From the NCBI GenBank assembly GCA_035506075.1, contig DATJQB010000290.1:50-64049 (forward strand): a stretch of 64,000 nucleotides of DNA, given 5' to 3'. The position numbers and the translations under genes are program-made. Source of the DNA: Bacteroidota bacterium. GTDB lineage: Bacteria; Bacteroidota; Ignavibacteria; UBA10030. Shown here one piece after another: positions 26,813 through 37,163 of the stretch. The stretch's first letter is position 1, and the number at the start of each line of letters is the position of its first letter. Under the pieces are notes generated by a model. It was not told the DNA's origin and searched no databases. It was given only the letters and a program-made list of their open reading frames with translations.

Positions 26813-29680
26813 TTAGAATGTGAAATCGAGTCCAAGGCGGTACTGCCGCGGCGCTTCAACCGTTGCGCCGGCGATGCCTCCGACCTCGATCGCTGTACTT
26901 GGAATGAAACTGGTCTCCGGATCAACATTCGTTGCCTTGATGCCGAAGCTTGCCACATTGCGTACGCTTGCAGTAATTGCGAGTCCGCTCACCAGCCCGC
27001 CGATGACAGCGCGCGGCACACGATACCTGACCGAAATTTCCCGGATCTTGAACCAATCACCAGGTTCAACCAGGACCGAGGACGCCGTGTTGCGGTTGTA
27101 CGGAGTGCTGCCGGGAGCAACCACGGGGATCAGAGACGCTTCCTTCTGATAGAGTGCCGGGTTCGCGAGGCCGTTGACGATGCGCCGCGAGAGCGACTGA
27201 TTGAGGATGTAGTTTCCCCACGCGCCTTCGAACAATCCGGAAATCGTAATGTCCTTCAGGATCGTGATGTCGGCTCCAAAGGACACCGTGTTCTTCGGAA
27301 CGGGTGATCCCACATAGACCGTATCCACCCTGCCGCGGTAGGTTCCATCAGATTCGAGATGTGGTTTGCTCACACGGATAATGCCGACCTCTTTTCCTTC
27401 CTCCACACGTTGCGGGGCAAACGAAAACCCCGCGATCGTAAACGGGGCCGCGCCGCCGAGGCTGTTAACCCGGTTCTTGAGCGTGGTGTAGTACCCGCGC
27501 AGGTTGACCTGTACGTCCTCCATGTCCACGGCGATCGCCCGCATGGTAACCTCGAAGCCCTGGTTGAAGATCTCGCCGACATTCCGCCGCTGCGTACCGA
27601 GTCCGGCTGCCGGATCTTCCGTTACCGTGAACATTGCGTCCTTCGTGATCTGACGGTACCACGAGAACTCCACGGAGATCCGATCGTCAAGAAATCCCGC
27701 ATCGAAGCCCGCATCAACGGACGTCGTGTTCTCCGGTTTCAGATCCGAGTTTCCCGGATTGCCGAAGCTGAGTGCCGATTCGTTGAAGAAAATGTTCGAG
27801 ATGAACGTTCGGTCTCGCGTGAACGGTGGCGGAAAGGTTCCCGTCTTTCCCCACGATGCACGAAGCTTGAGACTCCCAAGGTACGGCTTGAGCGCATCGG
27901 GATAGATTGATTCATCCGAGATGTTGTACGCAACGCCGACCTTCGGGTATGTCTGAATACCGATCGCCTTGCCGAATGTTGAGTTTCCGTCGAATCGAAC
28001 GCCGACATCGAAGAAGAGCCGGTCCCACAACCCGATCTGATCCTGCGCCAGATAGCCGTAGCTGAACAGTTCACGGTTGCTCTCCTGGGCGGTAACGACG
28101 GAAGCGTTGCTGAAAATCTGCGTACCGGGAATTCTGAACGTCGTTCCTGTGCCGTTTTCTTCCCGGTCGTCAATCCTGAACCCCTGCGCCCCCACGATCA
28201 GCCGCTGCGTCATGGGCCCGATGGTCGGCACTTTGAATGTTCCTGTATAGTTCAACGTGATAGTTTTGTACTCACGATCGGAACGCGACAAGAGACCGCC
28301 GACCGTTCCCCAAAACGCCCCCTGTTCAAGCGGGACATACTGCCTGTTTTCATTCTTCCTGTAGTCGACGCCGATCGTCGCCTTGTTTTCCCACCATGAA
28401 AACGGCGTGTAGGTAAAGTTGGTGGAGAAAATCCAGCGATTCACATTCTCCCTCCAGTCGCCGAGCAAATGCTGTGCAAACAGGCTGTCCTTGCTTGCCT
28501 GGTTGTTCAGCACATCGAACGCCCCTTCGATTTCGAGATTCGAAAGAAGCGATTCGCTGGAGTTGTCATTCGAGAGGATCCCGTATTCGTCGTGAGTGTA
28601 ACTCGACGAAACTTCCACGCTCGCAAGCTCGGAGACAACAACCCGCAGGCCCGTGGAGAGATTGTAGAGCTTTTCGTTGAGCGCGTCCTGTGTGACGACA
28701 CCCTTGTTCTCCGACATTTTCCCGGCGACGTTGTACGTGATGACGTCGCTCCCGCCGACAGCGTTCAGGCCATATCCCTGGTAGAGGCCGGGACGGAAGA
28801 ACTTGTTCTTCGTCATGTCGTTTGAAAAGTCCTTGAGAGGTTCAACGTCCGAGCCCGATGTCACATTGGCGCTCCATCGGATTGCGCCTGGAATCCCCTT
28901 TTTCGTAAAGATCTGTATGACGCCGTTTGCAGCTTCCGCGCCGTAGAGGGTCGCGGCCGCGCCTCCTTTGATAACCTCAATATGGTCGACATCGCCGGAA
29001 AGAATATCGGAAATCGACGAAGAGATCTGTCCTCCGGTGGCGTTCGAAAGCCGCCCCTGGTAGTTGTTGTCAACCCGGACTCCATCGACGTAGATGACCG
29101 GTGTCGGCTGTCCCAACGCGGACTTGATGCCGCGTGTCATGATGCGCGCTGACGAGCCCGGTGCACCGCCGGGTGTGTACGACATCAATCCCGGCACACG
29201 CCCCTGCAGGAGTTGATCGACGGACTTCGCAGGACTCAGGTCGACATCTTTTGAAGAGATCGACTCAACAACGGACGGCAGCCGCTTCTTCTCTGTTGCG
29301 GCTCCCTGGCCTGTGACGACGACCTCGTTCAGCTGCACCGCTGTTGCCGCAAGTCCGAAATCCAGCGTAGCGGTTTCTCCGGCCACGACCTTCACGTCCC
29401 GCGCAAGCTCCTTGTAGCCCACATAGCGGGCGCGCACGGTGTATGTGCCGGGAGGAACCTGTTTGATGACGAACAGTCCCTCGAGATTTGTCGAAGCCCC
29501 AAGGCTCGTGCCGACGATAAAGACGTTGGCGCCAATCAGCACCTCGGACCGGCCTGCTTCCGAAACAGTCCCGCGAATCTCGCCGGTTTTTGTCTGGGCC
29601 GCTGCAGGTGTACCGTTCGCGGCGACGAGAAGCAGCAACACCAAGAATCCAGTGCTAAAACGTAGGAGCAATTTTTTCAT
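26813..29680 (-). CDS. SusC/RagA-family TonB-linked outer-membrane transporter
   Basis: 955 aa. Signal MKKLLLRFSTGFLVLLLLVAANGTPAAAQ. CarboxypepD_reg-like GEIRGTVSEAGRSEVLIGANVFIVGTSLGASTNLEGLFVIKQVPPGTYTVRARYVGY. Plug motifs (VVVTGQG..., TRGIKS..., PVIYVDGVRVDN). Ends LGLDFTF. Paired with a downstream SusD-like gene. Confidence 0.85.
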   Translation of the reverse strand: MKKLLLRFSTGFLVLLLLVAANGTPAAAQTKTGEIRGTVSEAGRSEVLIGANVFIVGTSLGASTNLEGLFVIKQVPPGTYTVRARYVGYKELARDVKVVAGETATLDFGLAATAVQLNEVVVTGQGAATEKKRLPSVVESISSKDVDLSPAKSVDQLLQGRVPGLMSYTPGGAPGSSARIMTRGIKSALGQPTPVIYVDGVRVDNNYQGRLSNATGGQISSSISDILSGDVDHIEVIKGGAAATLYGAEAANGVIQIFTKKGIPGAIRWSANVTSGSDVEPLKDFSNDMTKNKFFRPGLYQGYGLNAVGGSDVITYNVAGKMSENKGVVTQDALNEKLYNLSTGLRVVVSELASVEVSSSYTHDEYGILSNDNSSESLLSNLEIEGAFDVLNNQASKDSLFAQHLLGDWRENVNRWIFSTNFTYTPFSWWENKATIGVDYRKNENRQYVPLEQGAFWGTVGGLLSRSDREYKTITLNYTGTFKVPTIGPMTQRLIVGAQGFRIDDREENGTGTTFRIPGTQIFSNASVVTAQESNRELFSYGYLAQDQIGLWDRLFFDVGVRFDGNSTFGKAIGIQTYPKVGVAYNISDESIYPDALKPYLGSLKLRASWGKTGTFPPPFTRDRTFISNIFFNESALSFGNPGNSDLKPENTTSVDAGFDAGFLDDRISVEFSWYRQITKDAMFTVTEDPAAGLGTQRRNVGEIFNQGFEVTMRAIAVDMEDVQVNLRGYYTTLKNRVNSLGGAAPFTIAGFSFAPQRVEEGKEVGIIRVSKPHLESDGTYRGRVDTVYVGSPVPKNTVSFGADITILKDITISGLFEGAWGNYILNQSLSRRIVNGLANPALYQKEASLIPVVAPGSTPYNRNTASSVLVEPGDWFKIREISVRYRVPRAVIGGLVSGLAITASVRNVASFGIKATNVDPETSFIPSTAIEVGGIAGATVEAPRQYRLGLDFTF

Positions 29681-30076
29681 GATCTCTCCTTGTTGGTGAT
29701 GGAGTATCGTTGATTTAATGGAGACAGAATCCTGTCGAACACATCAGTGAAGAGAAGGCGGGCGCTCTCGTGAAATGTACATCGGCCAGAGGCTGCGGAG
29801 AAGCAAAAAGCCACGAAGCGGACTATTTTGCTTTTGGACGCGTACGATTCGTTGATGGATGGAAGCGCATTGTGCAGGACCAGTCGTCACGGACTGTGAG
29901 CGATGACGCCGGTTCTTTCATGAAGAGCACGCGGTGATGATGCGGGTGTTGTTGAAGTTCGACGACAGAGAATGAAACGGGTCGGGAGACGCCGGGCGGC
30001 GCGGCAATCGGGTGAACGATCACCGGTGCGATGCGATGAAACGGGGAGTTGTTGCCGGCGAAATTGGCTGTGCGCG

Positions 30077-30856
30077 TTAGAGTGTGGTTCCCAGAAGATC
30101 GGGCAGGTTGCTCCTGTAGCTCCGGCTCATCGTCAGCTGCGTACCGTCTCGCATGATGACAACATACTCACCGTGGAACCAGGGCTGCAGCTCTTTGATT
30201 TTCTCGATGTTCACGAACGTTGATCGGTGAATGCGGATGAACATTGCCGGGTCGAGTTTCTTCTGGATGGCGTTCATGGTTTCCCGGAGCAGGTGCGTCT
30301 CGTTGCCCACATGAAGCCTGACGTAATTGCCCGCAGCCTCAATCCAGTCTATTTCATCATTCTTCAGGAAGAAAACCCTTCCTCCCGACTTCACGACGAG
30401 GCGGTCGGCTTGCTTCTTTGGACCTTTCAGCTGCCTCAGGAGTGAATTCAGCTGTTGGTTGATCTCGTTTCTACGCCCTGGCTCCAGGTGCTCACGAACA
30501 CGGTTCAGGGCCGTCTGAAAGCGCTGCCTGTCGAATGGCTTCAGCAGGTAGTCTATGGCATGGACATCAAACGCCTGTACCGCGTACTGATCGTATGCTG
30601 TGACAAAGATGACGGCCGGAAATCGCTCCGGGCCAATCGTCTCGATCACACCAAATCCATCCAGTTCCGGCATCTGAATGTCGAGAAAGACAAGATCGGG
30701 AGTAAGAGACGCGATCGATTGCACCGCCTCCGCACCGTTCGTGCACTCATCGACGATTTCGACATCCATTTCTGTCTTCAGCAGCTCGCGAATCTTGTTG
30801 CGCGCTGGCGGCTCGTCATCAACGATGAGGGCCCGGATCTTCTTCGTGTCTACCAT
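30077..30856 (-). CDS. LytTR-family two-component response regulator (receiver + LytTR DNA-binding domain)
   Basis: ORF 30077..30991 (the track ORF begins at an alternative TTG). Likely start MVDTKKIRALIVDDEPPARNKIRELL. Receiver motifs DD...D (LVFLDIQMPELDGF), VIFVTAY, K-containing LLKP. C-terminal LytTR motifs (VVKSGGRVFFLKNDEIDWIEAAGNYVRLHV..., FIRIHRSTFVNIEKIKEL). Confidence 0.85.
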   Translation of the reverse strand: MVDTKKIRALIVDDEPPARNKIRELLKTEMDVEIVDECTNGAEAVQSIASLTPDLVFLDIQMPELDGFGVIETIGPERFPAVIFVTAYDQYAVQAFDVHAIDYLLKPFDRQRFQTALNRVREHLEPGRRNEINQQLNSLLRQLKGPKKQADRLVVKSGGRVFFLKNDEIDWIEAAGNYVRLHVGNETHLLRETMNAIQKKLDPAMFIRIHRSTFVNIEKIKELQPWFHGEYVVIMRDGTQLTMSRSYRSNLPDLLGTTL

Positions 30857-31030
30857 AGCAACTCTCTTTCTGTTGATGCGGAACGGATCCCACGTGGGCG
30901 GCCGGGAACATTGCCGTTCCCGGCAAGTGTCCGGCAGACCCCATCCAAGTGTGAGACGATTCATCAACAGGAAAAGTTGCACGGCCGACAATGGCGATGT
31001 CGGGAATCTTCATGTGGGCTATTCTGCCGG

Positions 31031-31756
31031 CTACTGTGCGTGCATTCCGACGAGCAGGATCCTGAAGAAAGGAATTGTTCGCACTATGAATCGTTCAAGC
31101 CCCGCCTCTTCTGCCAACCTGCGAAACTCACGCACTGTGAATCCCCTGCGCACAGAAAGAACCGCATCGGTCCTTGTCATTGGATTTCTTGTGGTGAGCG
31201 CGGTATAGAGCCAGGCCACACACACCGCCATCGGGCCTCTCGTCAAATCAACGATCACGAGTCCTATCCGACTGAGCTCTCGCATTGATCGCATGATCCG
31301 CACGCCGTCCGCCGATGAAAAGTGATGCATTGTGAGCGAGCAGAGGACGATGTCAAATGACGCCGGGGGGTAGTCGAGGTTAAGGATGTCGCCTGCTTCG
31401 ATTGTGATTTCCGGGACGTGTTCTGTGAGTCGTCGCGCTTCATTCAGAACAAGCTGATGCTTGTCCACGGCCGTGATGTGGATTCGCCGCTTCCTCTTCC
31501 GCGCCAGCCGGGAGAGATAGAGCGGGATGTCGGCCGAGCCGGTTCCGAGATCGAGAATTGTTATAACGCGGTCGCCGGCCCGTTCCAGAAACCCGCCAAT
31601 GCCCAGGCGGATGGCCCGCTCGCCTCCAAAGAACCTGTTCACGGTCCGGATGCTCTGAAGCTCATCGCGGAGAAGCCCTTCATCGGCGTTCGGGTCCTCG
31701 ATGAGTTCGGGAAGCCCGGGATCAAATTTTCTCTCTGACATATGAAACCTCATCAC
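31031..31756 (-). CDS. Class I SAM-dependent methyltransferase
   Basis: 241 aa. Motif I ILDLGTGSADIPLYL. Post-I acidic ITAVDKHQ. Motif IV-like FDIVLCSLTMHHF. The start may be the downstream Met (MSERKFD). Confidence 0.7.
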   Translation of the reverse strand: MMRFHMSERKFDPGLPELIEDPNADEGLLRDELQSIRTVNRFFGGERAIRLGIGGFLERAGDRVITILDLGTGSADIPLYLSRLARKRKRRIHITAVDKHQLVLNEARRLTEHVPEITIEAGDILNLDYPPASFDIVLCSLTMHHFSSADGVRIMRSMRELSRIGLVIVDLTRGPMAVCVAWLYTALTTRNPMTRTDAVLSVRRGFTVREFRRLAEEAGLERFIVRTIPFFRILLVGMHAQ

Positions 31757-31868
31757 GTGATAACCGGCGCCCCCCGGCTCCGGTTCCTTCTGTCTGGAAT
31801 TGCTTTCTTCCTCATTCCTGCTATCTTTCCATCACCCAACGTCCAATCGTCCATCCATCCCGACTGCC

Positions 31869-32810
31869 ATGAAGAGTCTCAAACCTCCCCGTCTTCGCAA
31901 AGGGGACCTTGTTGGAATTATTTCCCCCGCCAGCCCTCCTTCAGCTCAGGAGAAAATCGACAAAGGGGTCCGCTACCTTGAGGGGCTCGGCTACCGCGTG
32001 AAGATTGGCAAGTATGTCATGGAGCGCCATGGTTATCTTGCCGGGACCGACGCCCAACGGGCAGAGGACCTGAACGACATGCTCCGCGACCGGGAAGTCC
32101 GGGCGGTGTTTGCAATCCGGGGCGGATATGGAACTCCCAGGCTGTTGCATCTTGTCGATTATGCTGCTGTCCGGCGCGACCCGAAGATCGTGGTCGGGTA
32201 CAGCGACATTACCGGGCTTCAGCTGGCATTGTACAGGAAGACCGGATTGATTACTTTTTCCGGCCCGATGGTTGGCGTTGAGATGTGGGACTCCATCGAC
32301 CCGTTCACAGAGGAGCACTTCTGGCGCCTGGTTACCTCGTCGACCCGGATTGGTGCGCTCCTCAATCCCGGAAGCACAGCGATGCGGATCTACAGGAAGG
32401 GGCGGGCGCGGGGAACGCTCTTGGGTGGGAATTTTTCCCTCCTCGCTTCACTCCTGGGGACGCGGTATCTTCCAGACTTGCGGAAGTCTATTCTTCTCCT
32501 GGAAGATGTTGATGAGGCTCCTCATCGTGTCGACCGCATGTTTGCCCAGCTTTTCCACTCGGGCATCACCGGCTCCATTTCCGGACTCGTACTCGGTGCG
32601 TTCACGGACTGTGTTCCGTCCGACCCATCGAAACCGCATCTCACCATCGACCAGGTGATCGACGACGCCGTGGATCGGATGGGGTGCCCCGTCATCGGCA
32701 ACCTTCAGTACGGCCACATTCCGCGGAAGCTGACGATTCCCTTCGGCGTCCGGGCGGTTCTCGACGCACGCGACGGGACGTTGAAGATACCGGAGAGCGC
32801 GGTACGCTAG
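31869..32810 (+). CDS. LD-carboxypeptidase (peptidase S66; LdcA/MccF-like)
   Basis: ORF 31800..32810 trimmed to MKSLKPPRLRKGDLVGIISPAS. S66 features GYLAGTDAQRAEDLNDMLRDREVRAVFAIRGGYGTPRLL and GYSDITGL (catalytic Ser), with a C-terminal HIP..LTIPFGVRAVLDARDGTL. Confidence 0.8.
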   Translation: MKSLKPPRLRKGDLVGIISPASPPSAQEKIDKGVRYLEGLGYRVKIGKYVMERHGYLAGTDAQRAEDLNDMLRDREVRAVFAIRGGYGTPRLLHLVDYAAVRRDPKIVVGYSDITGLQLALYRKTGLITFSGPMVGVEMWDSIDPFTEEHFWRLVTSSTRIGALLNPGSTAMRIYRKGRARGTLLGGNFSLLASLLGTRYLPDLRKSILLLEDVDEAPHRVDRMFAQLFHSGITGSISGLVLGAFTDCVPSDPSKPHLTIDQVIDDAVDRMGCPVIGNLQYGHIPRKLTIPFGVRAVLDARDGTLKIPESAVR

Positions 32811-32913
32811 CGATTGTTTGTTTCAGCACACAAGCATCGTTCGTCTTCATTGACTATCCTTCAACTTATCGTTACATTTTGTTCATCATTGAACGTCGCG
32901 GCGTGATTCTGGC

Positions 32914-33531
32914 TTGATGAACATTGGTGTTTTCGCCTCCGGACGCGGGTCAAACTTCCAGGCAATTCTCAACGCTATTCAACAGGATCGGCTCCCTGCG
33001 CGTGTCACGCTTGTGCTGAGCAACAAGGGGGATGCGGGTGCGTTGGATATTGCTCGCACATACTCTCTTCCCGCCCTGCATCTCAGTCACAAGCAGTTCT
33101 CCGATGAGGCATCGTTTGCTTCGGCAATGCTTGACGCGTTGAAGCAGCACGACGTTCATCTGATCGCGCTCGCTGGATACCTCAGGAAGATTCCGTCGTC
33201 CGTCGTTCAAGCATACAGGAATCGCATCCTGAACATTCATCCTGCGCTGCTCCCTTCATTCGGGGGCGCAGGAATGTACGGTCATCACGTTCACGAAGCG
33301 GTTCTTGCATCGGGAGCGAAGTACAGCGGAGCCACGGTTCATCTTGTCGACGACGATTACGACCGCGGACCCATCGTTCTGCAAAAAACGGTTCCGGTCG
33401 ACGAGCTCGACACTCCCGAGACGCTGGCTGCCAAGGTGCTGAATATTGAGCACGAGATATACCCTCTCGCCCTCAAAGCCTTCGCTGAAAACAGAGTAAC
33501 GATCAACGAAAGGTCTGTGTGGATACATTGA
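32914..33531 (+). CDS. purN: Phosphoribosylglycinamide formyltransferase
   Basis: 205 aa. MMNIGVFASGRGSNFQAIL..., LAGYLRKIP..., NIHPALLPSFGGAGMYGHHVHEAVL..., HLVDDDYDRGPIVLQ (formyl-transferase N-domain signature). Confidence 0.85.
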   Translation: MMNIGVFASGRGSNFQAILNAIQQDRLPARVTLVLSNKGDAGALDIARTYSLPALHLSHKQFSDEASFASAMLDALKQHDVHLIALAGYLRKIPSSVVQAYRNRILNIHPALLPSFGGAGMYGHHVHEAVLASGAKYSGATVHLVDDDYDRGPIVLQKTVPVDELDTPETLAAKVLNIEHEIYPLALKAFAENRVTINERSVWIH

Positions 33532-35129
33532 CATCGTTCAAGGTACCGACCCTCGAACGCGATACCTGGACTGACTCTCCGGAGGGATCCTTGCTGACCA
33601 TCCGACGTGCGCTTGTAAGCGTTTCCGACAAACGTGGAATTGTTGAGCTGGCACAGGGTCTGCGGCGCTTTGGCGTCGAGCTGATCTCGACCGGGGGAAC
33701 TCACCAGGCGCTGAAAGAGGCCGGCATTGAAGTCAAATCCGTGTCCGATGTTACAGGGTTTCCCGAAATCCTTGACGGGCGCGTCAAAACGCTGCACCCG
33801 GCAATCCATGCCGGCATCCTCGCCGCAGCCGACAATCCGCTTCACCTGAAGCAGCTCGCGCAGCACCACATCCAGCCGATCGACCTCGTTATTGTCAACC
33901 TCTATCCATTTGAACAGACGATCGCCGGAGAAAACGTCACGCTCGAACAGGCGATTGAACAAATCGACATCGGCGGACCTGCGATGGTGAGGGCGGCCGC
34001 GAAAAACTACCGCCATACGGCTGTTGTGGTGAACCCCGATCATTATGTCGCCCTGCTCGAAGAACTGACGAAGCACAACGGAGCCGTCTCTGCTGAAACG
34101 CGCTTTGCGTATGCGCGCGAGGCGTTTCAACATACCGCGACCTACGATACGATTGTCGCTTCCTACTTCAGCGGTATCCAATCATCGCCGGGGCTCCCCG
34201 ACGTTGTGACATTGTCGATGAAGAAGAACTCAACGCTGCGATACGGCGAAAATCCACACCAGGCTGCAGCGCTCTATGGAAAGTTCGACACGTACTTCAA
34301 GAAGCTGCACGGGAAAGAACTTTCGTACAACAACATTCTTGACATCAACGCCGCGGTGCTGCTGAGCGCAGAGTTCGACAAACCGACCGCGGTAATCATC
34401 AAGCATAACAATCCGTGCGGCGTCGGATCCGGTGAGACCTTGCACGATGCGTACACGAAGGCGCTCGCGACCGACTCGAAATCGGCGTATGGAGGAATTG
34501 TCGCGGTGAACCGCGTGCTCGACATGAGTACGGCGGAAGCCATCAACGACATTTTTACCGAGGTCGTGATTGCCCCGGGTTTTGCCGAGGGCGTGCTTGA
34601 TCTCATGGTGAAGAAGCGCGACCGCCGGTTGATCCAGCAGGCGATCGACGTGCGTTCGACGAAAGCGCTTGACATCCGCAGCGTCGTCGAGGGGTTGCTT
34701 GTGCAGGAACGTGACCAGTACCGGATTGCGCGGGAGGACCTGCGCGTTGTCACACATCGCAAACCGACAGAAGACGAACTTGAATCGTTGATCTTTGCAT
34801 GGCGCGTGGCGAAGCACGTGAAGTCCAACGCCATCATTTATGCGCGCAAAGACCGGACGCTCGGCATCGGCGCAGGGCAGATGTCGCGTGTCGACTCGGC
34901 CAAGATTGCCGTCATGAAGGCCGCCGAAGCGGGGCTGGATCTTGCCGGCTGCGCCGTGGCCTCCGATGCATTTTTCCCCTTTGCCGACGGGCTTCTCGAG
35001 GCCGTCAAGGGGGGCGCGGTATGCGTCATCCAGCCGGGCGGCTCGGTACGTGACGACGAGGTCATCAAGGCTGCCGACGACCATCATGTCGCCATGGCGT
35101 TCACGTCGATCAGACATTTCCGACACTAA
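33519..35129 (+). CDS. purH: Bifunctional AICAR transformylase / IMP cyclohydrolase
   Basis: 536 aa. MGS-like N-domain ([19 protein letters not shown]...LISTGGT...[18 protein letters not shown]) and AICARFT domain (IKHNNPCG..., GIVAVN..., [11 protein letters not shown]). Overlaps the purN stop by 13 nt. Confidence 0.9.
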   Translation: MDTLTSFKVPTLERDTWTDSPEGSLLTIRRALVSVSDKRGIVELAQGLRRFGVELISTGGTHQALKEAGIEVKSVSDVTGFPEILDGRVKTLHPAIHAGILAAADNPLHLKQLAQHHIQPIDLVIVNLYPFEQTIAGENVTLEQAIEQIDIGGPAMVRAAAKNYRHTAVVVNPDHYVALLEELTKHNGAVSAETRFAYAREAFQHTATYDTIVASYFSGIQSSPGLPDVVTLSMKKNSTLRYGENPHQAAALYGKFDTYFKKLHGKELSYNNILDINAAVLLSAEFDKPTAVIIKHNNPCGVGSGETLHDAYTKALATDSKSAYGGIVAVNRVLDMSTAEAINDIFTEVVIAPGFAEGVLDLMVKKRDRRLIQQAIDVRSTKALDIRSVVEGLLVQERDQYRIAREDLRVVTHRKPTEDELESLIFAWRVAKHVKSNAIIYARKDRTLGIGAGQMSRVDSAKIAVMKAAEAGLDLAGCAVASDAFFPFADGLLEAVKGGAVCVIQPGGSVRDDEVIKAADDHHVAMAFTSIRHFRH

Positions 35130-35165
35130 CTCTCAATCACTCAATACAAACCACCAACGTTCGCA

Positions 35166-36191
35166 ATGGGCCTTTTTTCACTTTTTTCTGCAGACATCGC
35201 TGTCGACCTCGGCACGGCCAACACCGTCATCTGGATGAAGGGAAAGGGAATTGTCCTGAACGAGCCCTCCATCGTTGCCTTCGACCGCAACACGAAGAAG
35301 ATCATCGCCATCGGACACGAAGCGCGCGAGATGCTCGGGCGCACCCATCGCGACATCCGGACCATCCGTCCCATGAAAGACGGCGTCATCGCGGATTTCG
35401 AAATAGCAGAAGGAATGCTCCGCGAGTTCATCCGGAAGACAAGCGTGGGGTGGGTGCCAAGCCGGCGTATCGTCGTCTCGGTTCCTTCGGGGATCACGGA
35501 GGTTGAAAAGCGGGCGGTGCGCGACGCGGCAGAGCATGCCGGCGCCAAGGAAGTTCATTTGCTCGCAGAGCCCATGGCATCTGCGATCGGCATCGGACTT
35601 GATGTTGACGCCCCGGTGGGCAATATGGTTGTCGATATCGGCGGCGGTACGACGGAGATCGCCGTCATCGCCCTCTCCGGTATTGTCACGGAGGAATCGA
35701 TCCGCGTGGCGGGAGACGAGAAGAACAACGCGATCATCCAGTTTTTCAAACGCAACCACAACATCCTCATCGGCGAGCGGACGGCAGAGGCAATCAAGTG
35801 CGAGGTGGGCTCGGCAATGCCGCTGAAAGAGGAAATTACGATCCAGGTCAAAGGACGCGATCTCGTCAACGGCGTCCCGAAGACGACTGAAGTCAGCTCT
35901 GTGGAAATCCGCGAAGCGCTGAACGAACCGATCGCCCAGATTGTTGAAGCAGTGAAGGTGACGCTCGAGCGGACACCTCCCGAACTTTCGGCGGATATTC
36001 TGGACCGCGGCATCATGCTGACCGGCGGCGGTGCACTGCTCAAGGGACTTGATGAGCGCATCCGGCTTGAAACCAATCTGCCCGTCCACGTTGCCGAGGA
36101 TCCACTCACGGCGGTGGTGCGGGGCACGGGACGAGTGCTCGAAGACCTCAGGCACTTTTCGAAGGTCCTCATTAAGAGCAAGCGGTATTAG
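35166..36191 (+). CDS. mreB: Rod-shape-determining actin homolog MreB
   Basis: 341 aa. DIAVDLGTANTVIW, NEPSIVAF, VVDIGGGTTEIAVI, ILTGGGALLKGLD; full-length MreB. Confidence 0.92.
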   Translation: MGLFSLFSADIAVDLGTANTVIWMKGKGIVLNEPSIVAFDRNTKKIIAIGHEAREMLGRTHRDIRTIRPMKDGVIADFEIAEGMLREFIRKTSVGWVPSRRIVVSVPSGITEVEKRAVRDAAEHAGAKEVHLLAEPMASAIGIGLDVDAPVGNMVVDIGGGTTEIAVIALSGIVTEESIRVAGDEKNNAIIQFFKRNHNILIGERTAEAIKCEVGSAMPLKEEITIQVKGRDLVNGVPKTTEVSSVEIREALNEPIAQIVEAVKVTLERTPPELSADILDRGIMLTGGGALLKGLDERIRLETNLPVHVAEDPLTAVVRGTGRVLEDLRHFSKVLIKSKRY

Positions 36192-36277
36192 GCGCGCTCT
36201 CCGGGCTCGCCAATTTCGTGAGCGAGCCTTCTCCCTTCCGGCGACGGCTCCTCTCCTCATAACGTTCAATCAACGGC

Positions 36278-37117
36278 ATGTTCAAACGTCTCTACAATCT
36301 CGCGCTGGTGTTCAGGGAGTATGCCGTCCTGTCCGCTCTCCTGGTGCTCTCCTTGATTCTGATGGCGCTTGGCGACAACACCCAGATTCGCCACATCCGG
36401 AGTGTTGCCACGGTGGCCTTCGGCGTTGTCGAGGAACAATTCTCCTTTATCCCGCGGTACTTCGCCCTGCGCGGCGAGAACGACATGCTGCGCCGGATGA
36501 ATATTGATCTCGCTGACGAAGCGAGCCGGCTGCGCGAAGCACGACTTGAAAACGACAGGCTTCACCGGCTCCTCGCTTTGAAGGAAACAACCCCGTACCC
36601 CGTTCTTGCCGCCAAGGTTGTCGGGAAGAACCTCACCCTGCTGCGCAATACTCTTACACTCAATGTTGGAAAACTCGACGGCGTCCTTCCGCATATGCCC
36701 GTCGTGAGCGATGGCGGACTTGTCGGCGTCATTGCGAGCGTGAACGATCACTACAGTGTTGTCAGAATTCTGCTCAATGCCGATTTTCGCGCGAGCGCGA
36801 AGGTCGAGCGAAGCCGCGTCGACGGCATCCTTGCCTGGGACGGCGACGATCTGCTGTTGTCCAACGTCGCAAAGACACTCGACGTTGTGGCCGGAGATAC
36901 TGTGATCACGTCCGATTACAGCAGCACCTACCCCGCGAAGATCCGCATCGGCGTTGTGCGGGAAGTAAGCGAACAGCCGGGCTCGTTGTTCAAAAAAGTC
37001 TACGTTACACCGGGCGTGAATTTCGTGAAGCTTGAAGAAGTGTTCGTGGTATCGTACCAACCTGATCCCGAGCGTCTGGAGGTGGATCAGTCCACACCGC
37101 AGAAGACCCGACGGTAG
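36278..37117 (+). CDS. mreC: Rod-shape-determining protein MreC
   Basis: 279 aa. N-terminal TM (LSALLVLSLILMALG), coiled-coil (LRRMNIDLADEASRLREARLENDRLHRLL), beta-rich C-domain (GLVGVIASVNDHYSVVRIL...DGILAW). Directly follows mreB. Confidence 0.8.
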   Translation: MFKRLYNLALVFREYAVLSALLVLSLILMALGDNTQIRHIRSVATVAFGVVEEQFSFIPRYFALRGENDMLRRMNIDLADEASRLREARLENDRLHRLLALKETTPYPVLAAKVVGKNLTLLRNTLTLNVGKLDGVLPHMPVVSDGGLVGVIASVNDHYSVVRILLNADFRASAKVERSRVDGILAWDGDDLLLSNVAKTLDVVAGDTVITSDYSSTYPAKIRIGVVREVSEQPGSLFKKVYVTPGVNFVKLEEVFVVSYQPDPERLEVDQSTPQKTRR

Positions 37118-37163
37118 TTCCTCGGTACCGTCGCCGTTTCATCTCAACATTGGGGATGGTTCT

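Noticed and set aside
35178-36269. 363-aa ORF antisense to mreB. Similar long antisense ORFs lie opposite thrC (40546..41835), thrA (38751..39647), mrdA (42400..43665), purH (34230..35126), the decarboxylase (22859..23968), ctp (18759..19742) and the RR/MTase region (30455..31288).
   Set aside because: In a ~60% GC genome, stop codons are rare on the antisense strand. These frames are Arg/Ala/Val/His-rich and low-complexity, have no recognisable motifs, and lie opposite genes with unambiguous conserved families.
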